NCBI GenBank assembly: GCA_019058365.1
Contig: JAHPZE010000009.1
Coordinates: forward strand, 32,001 to 96,000
DNA: 64,000 nucleotides
Direction: 5' to 3'
DNA from: Promethearchaeota archaeon
GTDB lineage: Archaea > Asgardarchaeota > Lokiarchaeia > Sigyniarchaeales > SOKP01
Shown: positions 1 to 9,708 of the stretch, piece by piece
Layout: each line of letters begins with the position of its first letter
Numbering within the stretch: the first letter of the stretch is position 1
Program-made: the position numbers and the translations under genes
Notes under the pieces: generated by a model
Databases searched by the model: none
What the model saw: only the letters and a program-made list of their open reading frames with translations
What the model was told of the DNA's origin: nothing

Positions 1-1034
1 AGTCCGCCAATGTTAATATTACAAAAATCGGTATAAGTATTGCTCTCTTCAGCAGTTACTCCAACCTTTGGAGGAGCAGGTTGATTATTAAACTTCACCC
101 AAAAAGCTTGAAGTAATTCATATGCATCTTCCTTGGTCAATATACCATTAGCAATATCATCTTTGTAAAATGGATAGAGATGTTGATCTAAGCGTCCAGG
201 ATTGAAAGAATCCCATGTATTATATTCAGTTATAACACCTAAATGAATGAACCAATAGTGTTGGAGGGCCTCCCAGAATGTTCTAGGTGCCAATGCAGGA
301 ACTCTAGAACATATCTCCGAAATCTTTTCTAATTCACTTTTTCTAATTGGATTTGCTTCATTTACAGCTAAAAATTTGGCTTCTTGAGCATGGCGTTCAG
401 AAAAAGCAATTATCGCATCTGCAACGATAATCATCGCAGTTAGCTGTTCCCTCTTATCAAAAGCTTGAGGATCATTGAAAAAATCTAATTTTTCTATACT
501 TTCTTTTATTTCGTTCTTAAAATCTAAAAATCCTTTATTCCATATGTTTTTTCCACCAACCGTATGTCCAGGTGCTCTCTGTTCCATAAACTCTGTGAAA
601 ATTCCCGCTTCATATGCATCAATCCATTCATCATCAACTTGGGTGAAGATTTTATCACGAATAGATCTTCCTTTCCAAAAGGGAATAATTAGATCTGCTG
701 TTTTTTGTCTTATATCTTCTGAAACTTTAAATGAAATTTTTTTACGGGTATTTAAAATCTCTAAATCTCGTAAACTATGGCAACAAACTTCTGGATATGT
801 AGATGTAGCTTTTGGTTCTGGGCCACGTTCGCCGATAATTAACTCCCCTTTATTAATGCAGATCTTTTTATTTTCCATAATGTGCTTAAAAGCTTTAGCT
901 CTCGCAATTGGAGCTGAAAACTTATGTGCAGCACCCATTTTATAAAACTCTGTCATTAATAAAGCACGTTCCAATGATATATAAGGAATTGCTTCACGAC
1001 TTTGTGTTCGTAGGTTTTTAATTCGTTCATTCAT
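1..1034 (-). CDS. hypD: Glycyl radical enzyme, trans-4-hydroxy-L-proline dehydratase type (5' part; runs off window start)
   Basis: Not in the ORF track; translated by hand from ATG at 1034: MNERIKNLRTQSREAIPYISLERA..., MEQRAPGHTV, WDSFNPGRLDQHL, WVKFNNQPAPPKVGVTAEESNTYTDF. These match HypD active-site segments. Confidence 0.85.
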   Translation of the reverse strand, partial: MNERIKNLRTQSREAIPYISLERALLMTEFYKMGAAHKFSAPIARAKAFKHIMENKKICINKGELIIGERGPEPKATSTYPEVCCHSLRDLEILNTRKKISFKVSEDIRQKTADLIIPFWKGRSIRDKIFTQVDDEWIDAYEAGIFTEFMEQRAPGHTVGGKNIWNKGFLDFKNEIKESIEKLDFFNDPQAFDKREQLTAMIIVADAIIAFSERHAQEAKFLAVNEANPIRKSELEKISEICSRVPALAPRTFWEALQHYWFIHLGVITEYNTWDSFNPGRLDQHLYPFYKDDIANGILTKEDAYELLQAFWVKFNNQPAPPKVGVTAEESNTYTDFCNINIGG

Positions 1035-1109
1035 AATATGCTTATTAACTGAAATAATAAAACCAGATCGTTAATGATAATAAAGAATTGAAGTAATAAA
1101 AAAATAATT

Positions 1110-2798
1110 TTATCTATTTTTTCTTTTTTCAGCTCCTTTAGTTTCTTTGTCTCGGATTACTCGTCTTAAGACTTTTCCTATGGCGCTTTTTGGAAGAGAA
1201 TTTACAAATTTTACTATTCTTGGATATTTATAAGCAGCCATTTGCTCTTTAGACCAATCAATAATCTGTTGTTCACTAATTTTTCCTTTATATTCTGTCT
1301 TAAGAATAATATGTGCCATAATATTTTCACCTCTTTCTGGGTCTTTAATACCAATTACAGCACATTCTTGAATTGCAGGATGTTCATATAAAACTTCCTC
1401 AATTTCTCTTGGATAAACACTATGACCTTTATATTTTATCATATCTTTAACTCTATCGATTAAAAAAATATAACCTTCCTCATCCATTTTTGCAAAATCA
1501 CCTGTCCGTAGCCACCTATAACCCCCTGCTTTAAAAAATACATTTTTATTCTCTTCGGGTCGATTATGATATCCCAACATAACCTGAGGTCCAGCAACAA
1601 CTAATTCTCCAGATTCTCCAATAGGCAAGAAATTAAGATTATCATCAATAATCCCACATAAAGTATTTGCAACAGGAATGCCACAACTACCAAGCTTTTT
1701 AATAGCCCAAGGAGGACTATTTGTGACAGTGGGGCTTGTTTCACTAAGTCCATAACCTTCTCCTAATGGAAATCCTGTTTTTTTTTCCCATTCTTTAGCG
1801 ATTTCTATGGGCATTGCTGAGGCTCCTACATTAGCATATTTTAAGCAAGAAAAATCTACATCCTTACTTAATGGCGAATTTAACAGATTAATAAACATCG
1901 TTGGTACTCCTAATAGAGTATTTGGCTTTTTTTCTTTAATAGTTTCGATAATCCGAGGAATGTCAAATGTAGGAAAGATAAATCCTTTTCCTCCTGTCAT
2001 AGGACCTTGAATAAGTTCACATGTTTGTCCATAGATATGATACCAAGGAAGAATACACATATTTACAAGATCTCCCTTAATATAAGTTTCTTTCATATAA
2101 TCTGATATCTGCTTCATTTGTAATATATTAGCAATAATATTATAATGAGTTAAACATGCCCCTTTAGGATCCCCTGTTGTCCCACCAGTATATTGAATAA
2201 CTGCTATATCTTCTTTAGGAGTGATATCAACTTTGAAATCTGGAAGTGGCTTTGGATTTTGCTCCAATAATGTATTGTAATGAATTATCTTAGTAGTTTC
2301 AGGCACATCTGGAATCTCACCGGCAACATTAACAATAACAATTTTCTCCAATTCCAGTTGATCTTCTACTTTCTTAAATTCCTTGATAAACCTATCAATC
2401 ATAATTAAATATTTTGCTCCAGAATCTTTAATTTGATATGCCATTTCTCTTGCTACAAATAGAGGACTTATGGCAGTTAACGTTGCTCCTAGCCCTAAGG
2501 CAGCAAAATAACAAATACTAAAGTGTGGAGAATTTGGTAACCATAGGGATATCACATCACCTTTTCTTATACCTAATTGTAAAAGGCCACTAGCAAATCT
2601 TCTTGTTAAGCTATCCATCTCTTTGAATGTAAATTCTCTCCCAAAATAATCCATTGCGACTTTATCACCATATTCTATAGCACCTGTCTCGAATAAGTCA
2701 ATTAAGGACTGGTCTTCTGGGATATCAATATCTAATGTAATTCCATCTGGTAAATAATCTTTCCAAATTCTGTTTTTAATATAATCCGGGAGTTCCAT
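1110..2798 (-). CDS. Long-chain fatty-acid--CoA ligase
   Basis: YTGGTTGDPKG AMP-binding loop, EGYGLSET, RTGD, GKVLRR. Likely start is ATG 2798 (MELPDY) rather than the TTG at 2864. Confidence 0.92.
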   Translation of the reverse strand: MELPDYIKNRIWKDYLPDGITLDIDIPEDQSLIDLFETGAIEYGDKVAMDYFGREFTFKEMDSLTRRFASGLLQLGIRKGDVISLWLPNSPHFSICYFAALGLGATLTAISPLFVAREMAYQIKDSGAKYLIMIDRFIKEFKKVEDQLELEKIVIVNVAGEIPDVPETTKIIHYNTLLEQNPKPLPDFKVDITPKEDIAVIQYTGGTTGDPKGACLTHYNIIANILQMKQISDYMKETYIKGDLVNMCILPWYHIYGQTCELIQGPMTGGKGFIFPTFDIPRIIETIKEKKPNTLLGVPTMFINLLNSPLSKDVDFSCLKYANVGASAMPIEIAKEWEKKTGFPLGEGYGLSETSPTVTNSPPWAIKKLGSCGIPVANTLCGIIDDNLNFLPIGESGELVVAGPQVMLGYHNRPEENKNVFFKAGGYRWLRTGDFAKMDEEGYIFLIDRVKDMIKYKGHSVYPREIEEVLYEHPAIQECAVIGIKDPERGENIMAHIILKTEYKGKISEQQIIDWSKEQMAAYKYPRIVKFVNSLPKSAIGKVLRRVIRDKETKGAEKRKNR

Positions 2799-2983
2799 TT
2801 TAATTAGCACTTTAATATTGTTTCTATAAAATAATGAATTTCCTTTAAAAATTAAATTTTTCAATTCTCAGATTCATAAATTCTACTTTACAAATTATTT
2901 TTTAATGAGTTATTATTATAAATTCAAGTATCTTTGAAAAACTCAAAATAAAATTTCTAAATTTAATTTCTAGGTTTAAGATT

Positions 2984-4594
2984 TTGAAATCACAAGATGA
3001 ATTAGGTGTTCCAATCCCAGCAAATAAACCATTAGTAGTAAGGACAATAAAAAAAGTTACAAAGGAACAACGTGAGTATGTACTCAAAAAAACTGAATAT
3101 AGTATGTTTTCTTTTCCAGCAGATTTAACTTTTGTAGATTTTTTGTCTGATTCGGGCTCTGGAACTATGACAGATTATCAATGGGCTGCTTTATTTCATG
3201 GGGATGAGTCTTATGCTCGCAATAAGGGTTATTACGTTCTTTTAGAAGCTGTTCGAGACACATTTGAGCGAGGTGATAATCCAAAAAGATCTATAGATTT
3301 AATTCTTACTAGTGAAACAAATGTAAAAAAACTCATTGATGAGCTTTACATAACTTCATATGAGGGAGGTTTTGCAAATGGAGGTATTCATCAATTAACC
3401 CGTCCTAATGCTTTCATTGTTCCACAAGGACGTTGTGCGGAACATTTACTATTCTCAACAATAGCTCCCCTCTTAAAAGAAAATAAAAATATTACTTATT
3501 ATATCCCAAATAATGGACATTTTGATACTACTGAAGCTAATATAGTAACAAACGGCATCCAAGCTATAAATTTGTTTTCAGCAAATCTTATGGAAGATTT
3601 TCCTTATGATGAAATGGATAAAAGAAATCCCTTTAAAGGTAATATGAATCTTGAAGGACTTGAGAACCTAATTCAAGATAAGGGTGTCGAATCAATTCCA
3701 TTAATTTATGTTACAATTACAAACAATGTAGCAGCTGGTCAACCAGTCTCAATGAAAAATATAAAATCGGTTTATAAAATCGCTAAAAAATATAATCTTC
3801 CTTTTTTCTTTGATGCCTGTCGTTTCAGTGAAAATGCTAATTTTATAAAAGAATTTGAAGAAGGATATAAAAATCACTCAATCCAAAGTATTGTACAAGA
3901 AATGTTTTCTTATGTTGATGGTTTTACTATAAGTTTCAAGAAAGATGGCCTAGCTAACATGGGTGGCGGACTTTTCTTTAGAGATAAAGGTCTTTTTCAT
4001 AAAAAATTTTCCATAAATGGAGATATTGGAATTAGACTGAAAGAAAGACAGATATTAACTTTCGGAAATGATTCATACGGTGGAATGAGTGGTCGAGACA
4101 TAATGGCTTTAGCTGCAGGGCTTTATGAAGTTATAAAACAACCTTACTTAAATGAACGAGAATATCAAGTAAGAGAATTTGCACGAAAGCTCGCAAAGAA
4201 TGGTATTCCTGTCATTCTTCCAGCTGGTGGTCATGCTGTATACATTAATATGGACAAATTTTTTGAGGGAACAGATATAAAAATCGAAGATTTTGGAGGT
4301 GTTGGATTTACTATCGAACTTTTAAAACACTTTGGTATACGAGCTGTTGAATTAGGTCCGTTCGCTTTTGAGTGGGATAAAAAAACACCCGAACAACGAA
4401 AAGGGATTTTGAATTTAGTCCGTTTTGCAATGCCTCGGAATTTATATAATGCTTCGCATATAGATTATACTGTAGCAGCAATTACTGAACTTTACCATAA
4501 TAAAGAAAAAATTCCTAAAGTTAGAATTTCTCGAGGCGCAGATTTACGTCTGAGACATTTTCAAGCAGGACTTCAACCGATTTATAAATCTTAA
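2984..4594 (+). CDS. tnaA: Tryptophanase (beta-eliminating PLP lyase) with an N-terminal-region insertion
   Basis: DFLSDSG, GDESYA, QGRCAE, SFKKDG (PLP lysine), YGGMSGRD, GGHAVY. C-terminal LRHF is tryptophanase-type, versus LRFF in tyrosine phenol-lyase. Confidence 0.8.
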   Translation: MKSQDELGVPIPANKPLVVRTIKKVTKEQREYVLKKTEYSMFSFPADLTFVDFLSDSGSGTMTDYQWAALFHGDESYARNKGYYVLLEAVRDTFERGDNPKRSIDLILTSETNVKKLIDELYITSYEGGFANGGIHQLTRPNAFIVPQGRCAEHLLFSTIAPLLKENKNITYYIPNNGHFDTTEANIVTNGIQAINLFSANLMEDFPYDEMDKRNPFKGNMNLEGLENLIQDKGVESIPLIYVTITNNVAAGQPVSMKNIKSVYKIAKKYNLPFFFDACRFSENANFIKEFEEGYKNHSIQSIVQEMFSYVDGFTISFKKDGLANMGGGLFFRDKGLFHKKFSINGDIGIRLKERQILTFGNDSYGGMSGRDIMALAAGLYEVIKQPYLNEREYQVREFARKLAKNGIPVILPAGGHAVYINMDKFFEGTDIKIEDFGGVGFTIELLKHFGIRAVELGPFAFEWDKKTPEQRKGILNLVRFAMPRNLYNASHIDYTVAAITELYHNKEKIPKVRISRGADLRLRHFQAGLQPIYKS

Positions 4595-4659
4595 TATAAT
4601 GTAATCTAAATTAACATTATTCTATATTAATTAAAAAAGTAGAAATTAATTAAAAAAAT

Positions 4660-4971
4660 TTAAATATCTAACATTCGTAATTTCTGCGAAATATCCTTTC
4701 TTCTAAGTATTTTCATAAAGTCATCTTTTCGCTGTTGAAGACGAGTCAAAAAAGTATCCAGTTTATCAAAATTATTAAAGAAAAATTCCCTGCCATCATT
4801 TATAATCTTAACACCTTTTTTATCGTTTTCAATAATTGCATATATTCCTCCTACTCCCTCAGAATGTTTTATAAATACTTTCTCTGCATCAGGAATTTTT
4901 TCATTCCCTTTTTTCGCCCAGAAATTATTTTTCAATAAATATGACCTATACATACTCATTTTTCCACACAC
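4660..4971 (-). CDS. Hypothetical protein (~100 aa)
   Basis: Protein-like composition; GAGGT SD-like motif upstream; true start may be ATG 4959. Confidence 0.7.
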   Translation of the reverse strand: MCGKMSMYRSYLLKNNFWAKKGNEKIPDAEKVFIKHSEGVGGIYAIIENDKKGVKIINDGREFFFNNFDKLDTFLTRLQQRKDDFMKILRRKDISQKLRMLDI

Positions 4972-5272
4972 AACCTCTTTTTTTTAATTATGATGAGTCA
5001 TTGAGATATGTTTATTAATATACTCGTTATGACCATCGGCATATAGTTCCGAGTAATATAAAATTCAAGTCGATTATAACATCGTGTAATATGCAAAGAA
5101 CATATCACCGACATATTATACGACTTTAACTTTATATTCCACAAGAAACATAGTTACAGAAATCCCTTATAAATCATTAAGTAAAAAGCCCAGAACTATT
5201 TACTAAATTATTTTTACTTGGGGTTATTTAAATAAAATTTCAATTGGAAAATTTCATTAAAATAAAATAAAA

Positions 5273-6064
5273 TTAAGGATATTTTTCATGTAAGCTTTTT
5301 ATAAAATCATCTAATTCCTTTATAGTTTTTTTCTTTGAGTCATAAGCTACTTTCCCACATTCATCTTCCATATCAAAACATGATTTAATATAAGCTTTAT
5401 TCATAATCGTTAACATAGTCTTTGTAAAGAAGATAAATTCTGTCTGATACTTAACAATCTGCTTCGCGAAATTAAGAGTTTCAGTATCAAGGTGATCGAG
5501 TGGAAAAATTCTTGCTGGAAAATTAATGTTCAGTAATTCATTCACACCAAATTTATCTGTAGTAAAAAGGAGATTCTTTGCATAGGTCAACCCTAGTCCT
5601 AATAAGGGTAAAAGAGTCGCTCCAGTCTGAGGAAAAGCTGAAATTGCGAGTTCTGGTAATCTCAAATATAATTCATCAATAGGTCTATCAGCAAAAATCC
5701 TTATATCAGAAGCCATAATCACCATTACTCCAAAACCTATAGCAATGCCTTGAATCTGTGTAATTACTAGTTTTTTCATAAGAACAATAGTCTCATTGAC
5801 CTTTCTACCCCATTCAGTTATTTGTACTACTTTTTCAGGAGAACCTTGTATTTCTTTAAGATCATACCCTGCTGAGAAAAATCTTTGTCCCGTACTCTTA
5901 ATCAAAATACACTTAACGTTCTCATCTCTGTCAGCACTAATTAAACTTTCATATATTAATTTTAACATAGGAATATTGCACGCATTCGCCTTATTTGGTC
6001 TGTTTATTGTAATTGTAGCAATACGCCCTTTTACTTCATATAGAATAAATTCTTGTTCACTCAT
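5273..6064 (-). CDS. Enoyl-CoA hydratase/isomerase (crotonase family)
   Basis: ITINRPNKANA, FSAGYDL, AIGFG, ASD, PE motifs. Confidence 0.9.
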   Translation of the reverse strand: MSEQEFILYEVKGRIATITINRPNKANACNIPMLKLIYESLISADRDENVKCILIKSTGQRFFSAGYDLKEIQGSPEKVVQITEWGRKVNETIVLMKKLVITQIQGIAIGFGVMVIMASDIRIFADRPIDELYLRLPELAISAFPQTGATLLPLLGLGLTYAKNLLFTTDKFGVNELLNINFPARIFPLDHLDTETLNFAKQIVKYQTEFIFFTKTMLTIMNKAYIKSCFDMEDECGKVAYDSKKKTIKELDDFIKSLHEKYP

Positions 6065-6414
6065 AAGATCTTTAACTCACGATTTAATATAAACTATATA
6101 AAGATACGTAGATATTATTTGAGTTTTAATTGTATGTTTATTAGATTAATCTTATAATTTCGGATAATTATGATTACTAATAATATTCAAAGAAGTTAAA
6201 TGGATTGTACAAATTGAAAAAAAAATTTGATGAAATTAAGGATTTTAAAAAAATTATTGGAAAAATGATCCATTTCGTCTATTTTAAACGGATTCTAATA
6301 TGTTAGTCTTACCATAACGGAAAATATCTGAAATGATTGGATTAAAATGTATTAATCAATACATATATAATTGCTGAAGCAAGGGAGAAGTGTGTATTTT
6401 TCATAACATAAGGA

Positions 6415-6735
6415 TTGAGGTGGTATAAGCTAAAAATGATAGCTGAAATAGAGTTTTTTACGGAAATTTTCGAAGAATTTCTGGGTATGGACAATCAAAT
6501 TTATGAGAATGAATTATGGAAAGCTCATTCAATAATTAAGTTAATGCGAGTTTCAAACGAATTTGTTGATAAAGAACTTGTAGAAGAAGGTTTAAAAATA
6601 ATTATTAATTTATGCAGATTTAAAGAGTGCGGAGATCTGTTAGACTCTTATGAAAAAGAAAGTTATCCAATAAATGAATTAGAAGAATCAGAAAAAATCC
6701 TACTTGGATCAATTTTAAAAGCAGAATTTACTTAA
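6415..6735 (+). CDS. Acidic hypothetical protein
   Basis: 106-aa ORF, helical and acidic; likely start ATG 6436 (MIAEIE). Confidence 0.6.
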   Translation: MRWYKLKMIAEIEFFTEIFEEFLGMDNQIYENELWKAHSIIKLMRVSNEFVDKELVEEGLKIIINLCRFKECGDLLDSYEKESYPINELEESEKILLGSILKAEFT

Positions 6736-7234
6736 ACTGTTTCTCAAATTCCCAAATAGAATCTTGGATTGTGTGAAGATTCCTTATAACTTTTCCAGAG
6801 CTTTTTATTTCCATTTCAGGAGCATCAAACATTGCTTTTCCAATAGCTAAAGCTCTACTTTTAGTTTCTTCTATAATCACTACGATATCTCCTTTTTTGA
6901 TATCAGGATCTATTTTGGTAATGCCTGGTCGCATTATATCAGCACCATTAGCAACATGTCGAATAGCTCCAAAATCAACAACTATGGTCTTCAAATCTAC
7001 TTGATTATTCAATAATAATGTTAAGACTGGAATATATCCCTCCTTTGATTTAAAGAGCTTTAACACATTGTTTATTGCGTATAATGTGTCTCCTGCTTCT
7101 GTTTGAATGACTTCTATATTACATTTTTTAGGAAATATTTGATTAACGAACTTTTCATCATATTGCTTTAAGATTTCGTCTTTCAAGGGTTTTAATTCGG
7201 ATTTTCGTATGAAATGTCTTTGTTTTATCTTCAT
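6728..7234 (-). CDS. PUA-domain RNA-binding protein (archaeal MCT-1/Tma20-like)
   Basis: N-terminal KQRHFIRKSE; PUA signature VVDFGAIRHVANGADIMRPGI; C-terminal LHTIQDSIW. Confidence 0.9.
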   Translation of the reverse strand: MKIKQRHFIRKSELKPLKDEILKQYDEKFVNQIFPKKCNIEVIQTEAGDTLYAINNVLKLFKSKEGYIPVLTLLLNNQVDLKTIVVDFGAIRHVANGADIMRPGITKIDPDIKKGDIVVIIEETKSRALAIGKAMFDAPEMEIKSSGKVIRNLHTIQDSIWEFEKQFK

Positions 7235-7311
7235 TAGATAAAAAATAAAATTTAAGAAAATTAAAATTTAGTATTTTATGAGATAAGACATAATTTATTT
7301 TTTGTGTAAGA

Positions 7312-7860
7312 ATGATGAATAAAGTTTACACATCTGCGGTTGTTATTATTCCTCCACAAGAAAGTTGGGCATCAATTCAAGAAATTCGAAAAATTTATGA
7401 CCGAAATGTTAATAGATGGATGCCTCACATAACTTTACTCTATCCATTCAGACCTGAAAATGAATATATGGCACTTGAAAAGAAATTTTCAGAAGTATGT
7501 AAAAAAATTCCCGCATTTGAAGTCACTCTTCAAGATTTTCACTACTTTAACCATGGACATCAAATTTTTACATTATGGCTTAAGCCAAAGCCATTTGATA
7601 AAATTCAAGATTTACAGGCTAAAATTCTTAAACTAATACCAGACTGTAATGATGTAAATAATTTTAAGAATGGCTTTAACTCGCATTTAAGTGTAGGTCA
7701 AATTAAGGGTAAAAATAATCTCTTAGAGATTACTAAAAATTTAGAAGGTAGATGGAAAATAATTAAATTTTTTTTGAGTGAAATTTTTTTTATCTCCCGT
7801 GAACAAAATAAAACTTCAAGATTTGAAATAAAAAAACGAATTCAACTTAGAATAGAATGA
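7312..7860 (+). CDS. 2H phosphoesterase (2'-5' RNA ligase/LigT-like)
   Basis: Two HxT/S motifs: PHITLLYPF and SHLSVGQ. Confidence 0.85.
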   Translation: MMNKVYTSAVVIIPPQESWASIQEIRKIYDRNVNRWMPHITLLYPFRPENEYMALEKKFSEVCKKIPAFEVTLQDFHYFNHGHQIFTLWLKPKPFDKIQDLQAKILKLIPDCNDVNNFKNGFNSHLSVGQIKGKNNLLEITKNLEGRWKIIKFFLSEIFFISREQNKTSRFEIKKRIQLRIE

Positions 7861-7926
7861 TTAAAATTTTTATATTCGAAACTCATTAATTAATTAATTA
7901 AAAATTGAAAAATTTCAAAAAGATAC

Positions 7927-8517
7927 TTGAGAAAAATCATGACAGATGATAAGAAAGAAGGACAATTAGTGTTTCATGGGCGTACAGAAATGATCTTTAA
8001 GATAATCGTGATCGGAGACCCCGCAGTTGGTAAAACCAGCCTTTTAACAAATTTCTGTGGTGAAAAATTCAATTATGAGTATATACCAACCGTAGGTGTT
8101 AACATCACGAAAGAACCAGTCACAATAAAGAACGATATGGGTAAAGATATAAAAATTAATCTAATGATTTGGGATATAGCTGGTCAGCCTCAATTCTATA
8201 TGTTACATCGGCCATATTTCAACGGTGCTGATGGAATGATGTTAGTTTATGATTTAACTCGCTCAAGCTCTTTCTCAAATATAAATAATTGGTTTTCAAC
8301 CGCAGTTAAATATGGACTTTCGGGAATTCCACGTCTTTTAATTGGTAATAAAATAGATTTGAATGAAGAGCGAAAGATTATATTACCCATGGCAGAGCAT
8401 TTAAGTGAAAAAATTGATGCGCCATTTTTCGAGACTTCGGCATTAACAGGAAAAAATGTTAAATTAATTTTTGAGAAGATGGCTAAACTTACCTTTAGTT
8501 CAAAATTGGAGGAATAA
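7927..8517 (+). CDS. Rab-like small GTPase
   Basis: G1 GDPAVGKT, G2 PTVG, G3 WDIAGQ, G4 GNKID, G5 ETSAL; no CaaX; likely start ATG 7939. Confidence 0.95.
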   Translation: MRKIMTDDKKEGQLVFHGRTEMIFKIIVIGDPAVGKTSLLTNFCGEKFNYEYIPTVGVNITKEPVTIKNDMGKDIKINLMIWDIAGQPQFYMLHRPYFNGADGMMLVYDLTRSSSFSNINNWFSTAVKYGLSGIPRLLIGNKIDLNEERKIILPMAEHLSEKIDAPFFETSALTGKNVKLIFEKMAKLTFSSKLEE

Positions 8518-8632
8518 GTACATTTTTCACAATCTACTTCTATATCATTAGTAATTTTTGTTTTAATCTCATAAACCGTAGGATTTAAATATATAGTAAT
8601 TTAAAATTCATTAACAAATTTGATCGCTATTT

Positions 8633-8653
8633 GCCTCTTTTCAGAAGAGAGGT
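8633..8653. terminator. Short hairpin between convergent genes
   Basis: cctctttt-cag-aagagagg inverted repeat (one G-U pair) between the converging Rab-like and 200-aa genes. Confidence 0.3.
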
Positions 8654-8806
8654 TAAAGAGAAGCTATTATTCCATTGATTTCATTTACTTTTTTTATAAT
8701 ACTACTTATCATTAATTCTCTCTAACAGTGTTAATTCGCTTTTAAAAGATGGCTATTATAAAAATGATTCTTAAGGATATATAATTAAATTTTAATTTAT
8801 ATGACG

Positions 8807-9409
8807 TTAGAGTTTATTTATCCAAAATACGATCTTTTCTTTTAATGAATCTTTGATATCATCGGAGAGATCTTCTTGACCAATTAACATCTTTCCAAAT
8901 TGTGAGATTTCATATAGAATTCTATGACCTCCTTTAAAGATAAATATATCTTCTTTTATATTCTCGAGTTGTCCAATAACCACATCAGGTTCCTTAATAT
9001 CATCAATTTCATTCTTTAGAGTATTGAATTGTTCAATAATTGATTCTTTTTTATCAGTTGCAGATGCGTCCCGATCTACTTCTCCACGTTTGTCTTCTTT
9101 TGAGTGAAGTGATATCTCTGATCTTTGAATCAAAGACCTGATTAAATCAAGTTCTGCTTCTAAAATTTTTTGATTTTCAATCACATTCTTAAATTGAGGA
9201 GTTAATGATTTAATATCGAGTGTTGCTTTACTCAACTCATTGATTTTGTCAGTTAGCATATTGATTTTTAAATTCGTTTGTCCCATCTTGGTAATAATAT
9301 CAAGACCAAATTTTTCTAGAATTGAGGCGAATTTATCTATTTTTTCATCCGCTTCTTTAATGAAGGTAATCGCTTCTTTTACATCTATTTTATCTGTATC
9401 TCCCATCAA
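8807..9409 (-). CDS. Coiled-coil protein with C-terminal four-helix domain
   Basis: Heptad-rich N-terminal half; C-terminal ~80 aa resemble the C-terminus of 43279..45486. Confidence 0.8.
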   Translation of the reverse strand: MMGDTDKIDVKEAITFIKEADEKIDKFASILEKFGLDIITKMGQTNLKINMLTDKINELSKATLDIKSLTPQFKNVIENQKILEAELDLIRSLIQRSEISLHSKEDKRGEVDRDASATDKKESIIEQFNTLKNEIDDIKEPDVVIGQLENIKEDIFIFKGGHRILYEISQFGKMLIGQEDLSDDIKDSLKEKIVFWINKL

Positions 9410-9708
9410 TTATCCTCTTTTCGATATTTTATAACGAGATCCATCAATTTGGAAATATATTTTTCATTTAAGAATTATTTTTCATATAAAATTCTTATTT
9501 AAATAATTAAAATGCTCTTATAAAAAATTTCTTACCAAAAAATTACTGTGAAATTCAAGTTTCTCAAAATTCTATTGTTTAGATTTTTCTGCAATAAGTA
9601 CTCCTAAAAACAAAAATTTATGTTCATTTTATTTTTAATAGTAAATATTCAGTTATATTGAAATAAAATAATAATAATAAAAGCCCTAAACCAGCCGTAA
9701 TCCTCAAT

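Noticed and set aside
475-945. 156-aa plus-strand ORF
   Set aside because: Antisense shadow of hypD.
6120-6410. Small ORF or pseudogene in the intergenic gap
   Set aside because: Only ~30-codon low-complexity frames with no recognisable motif.
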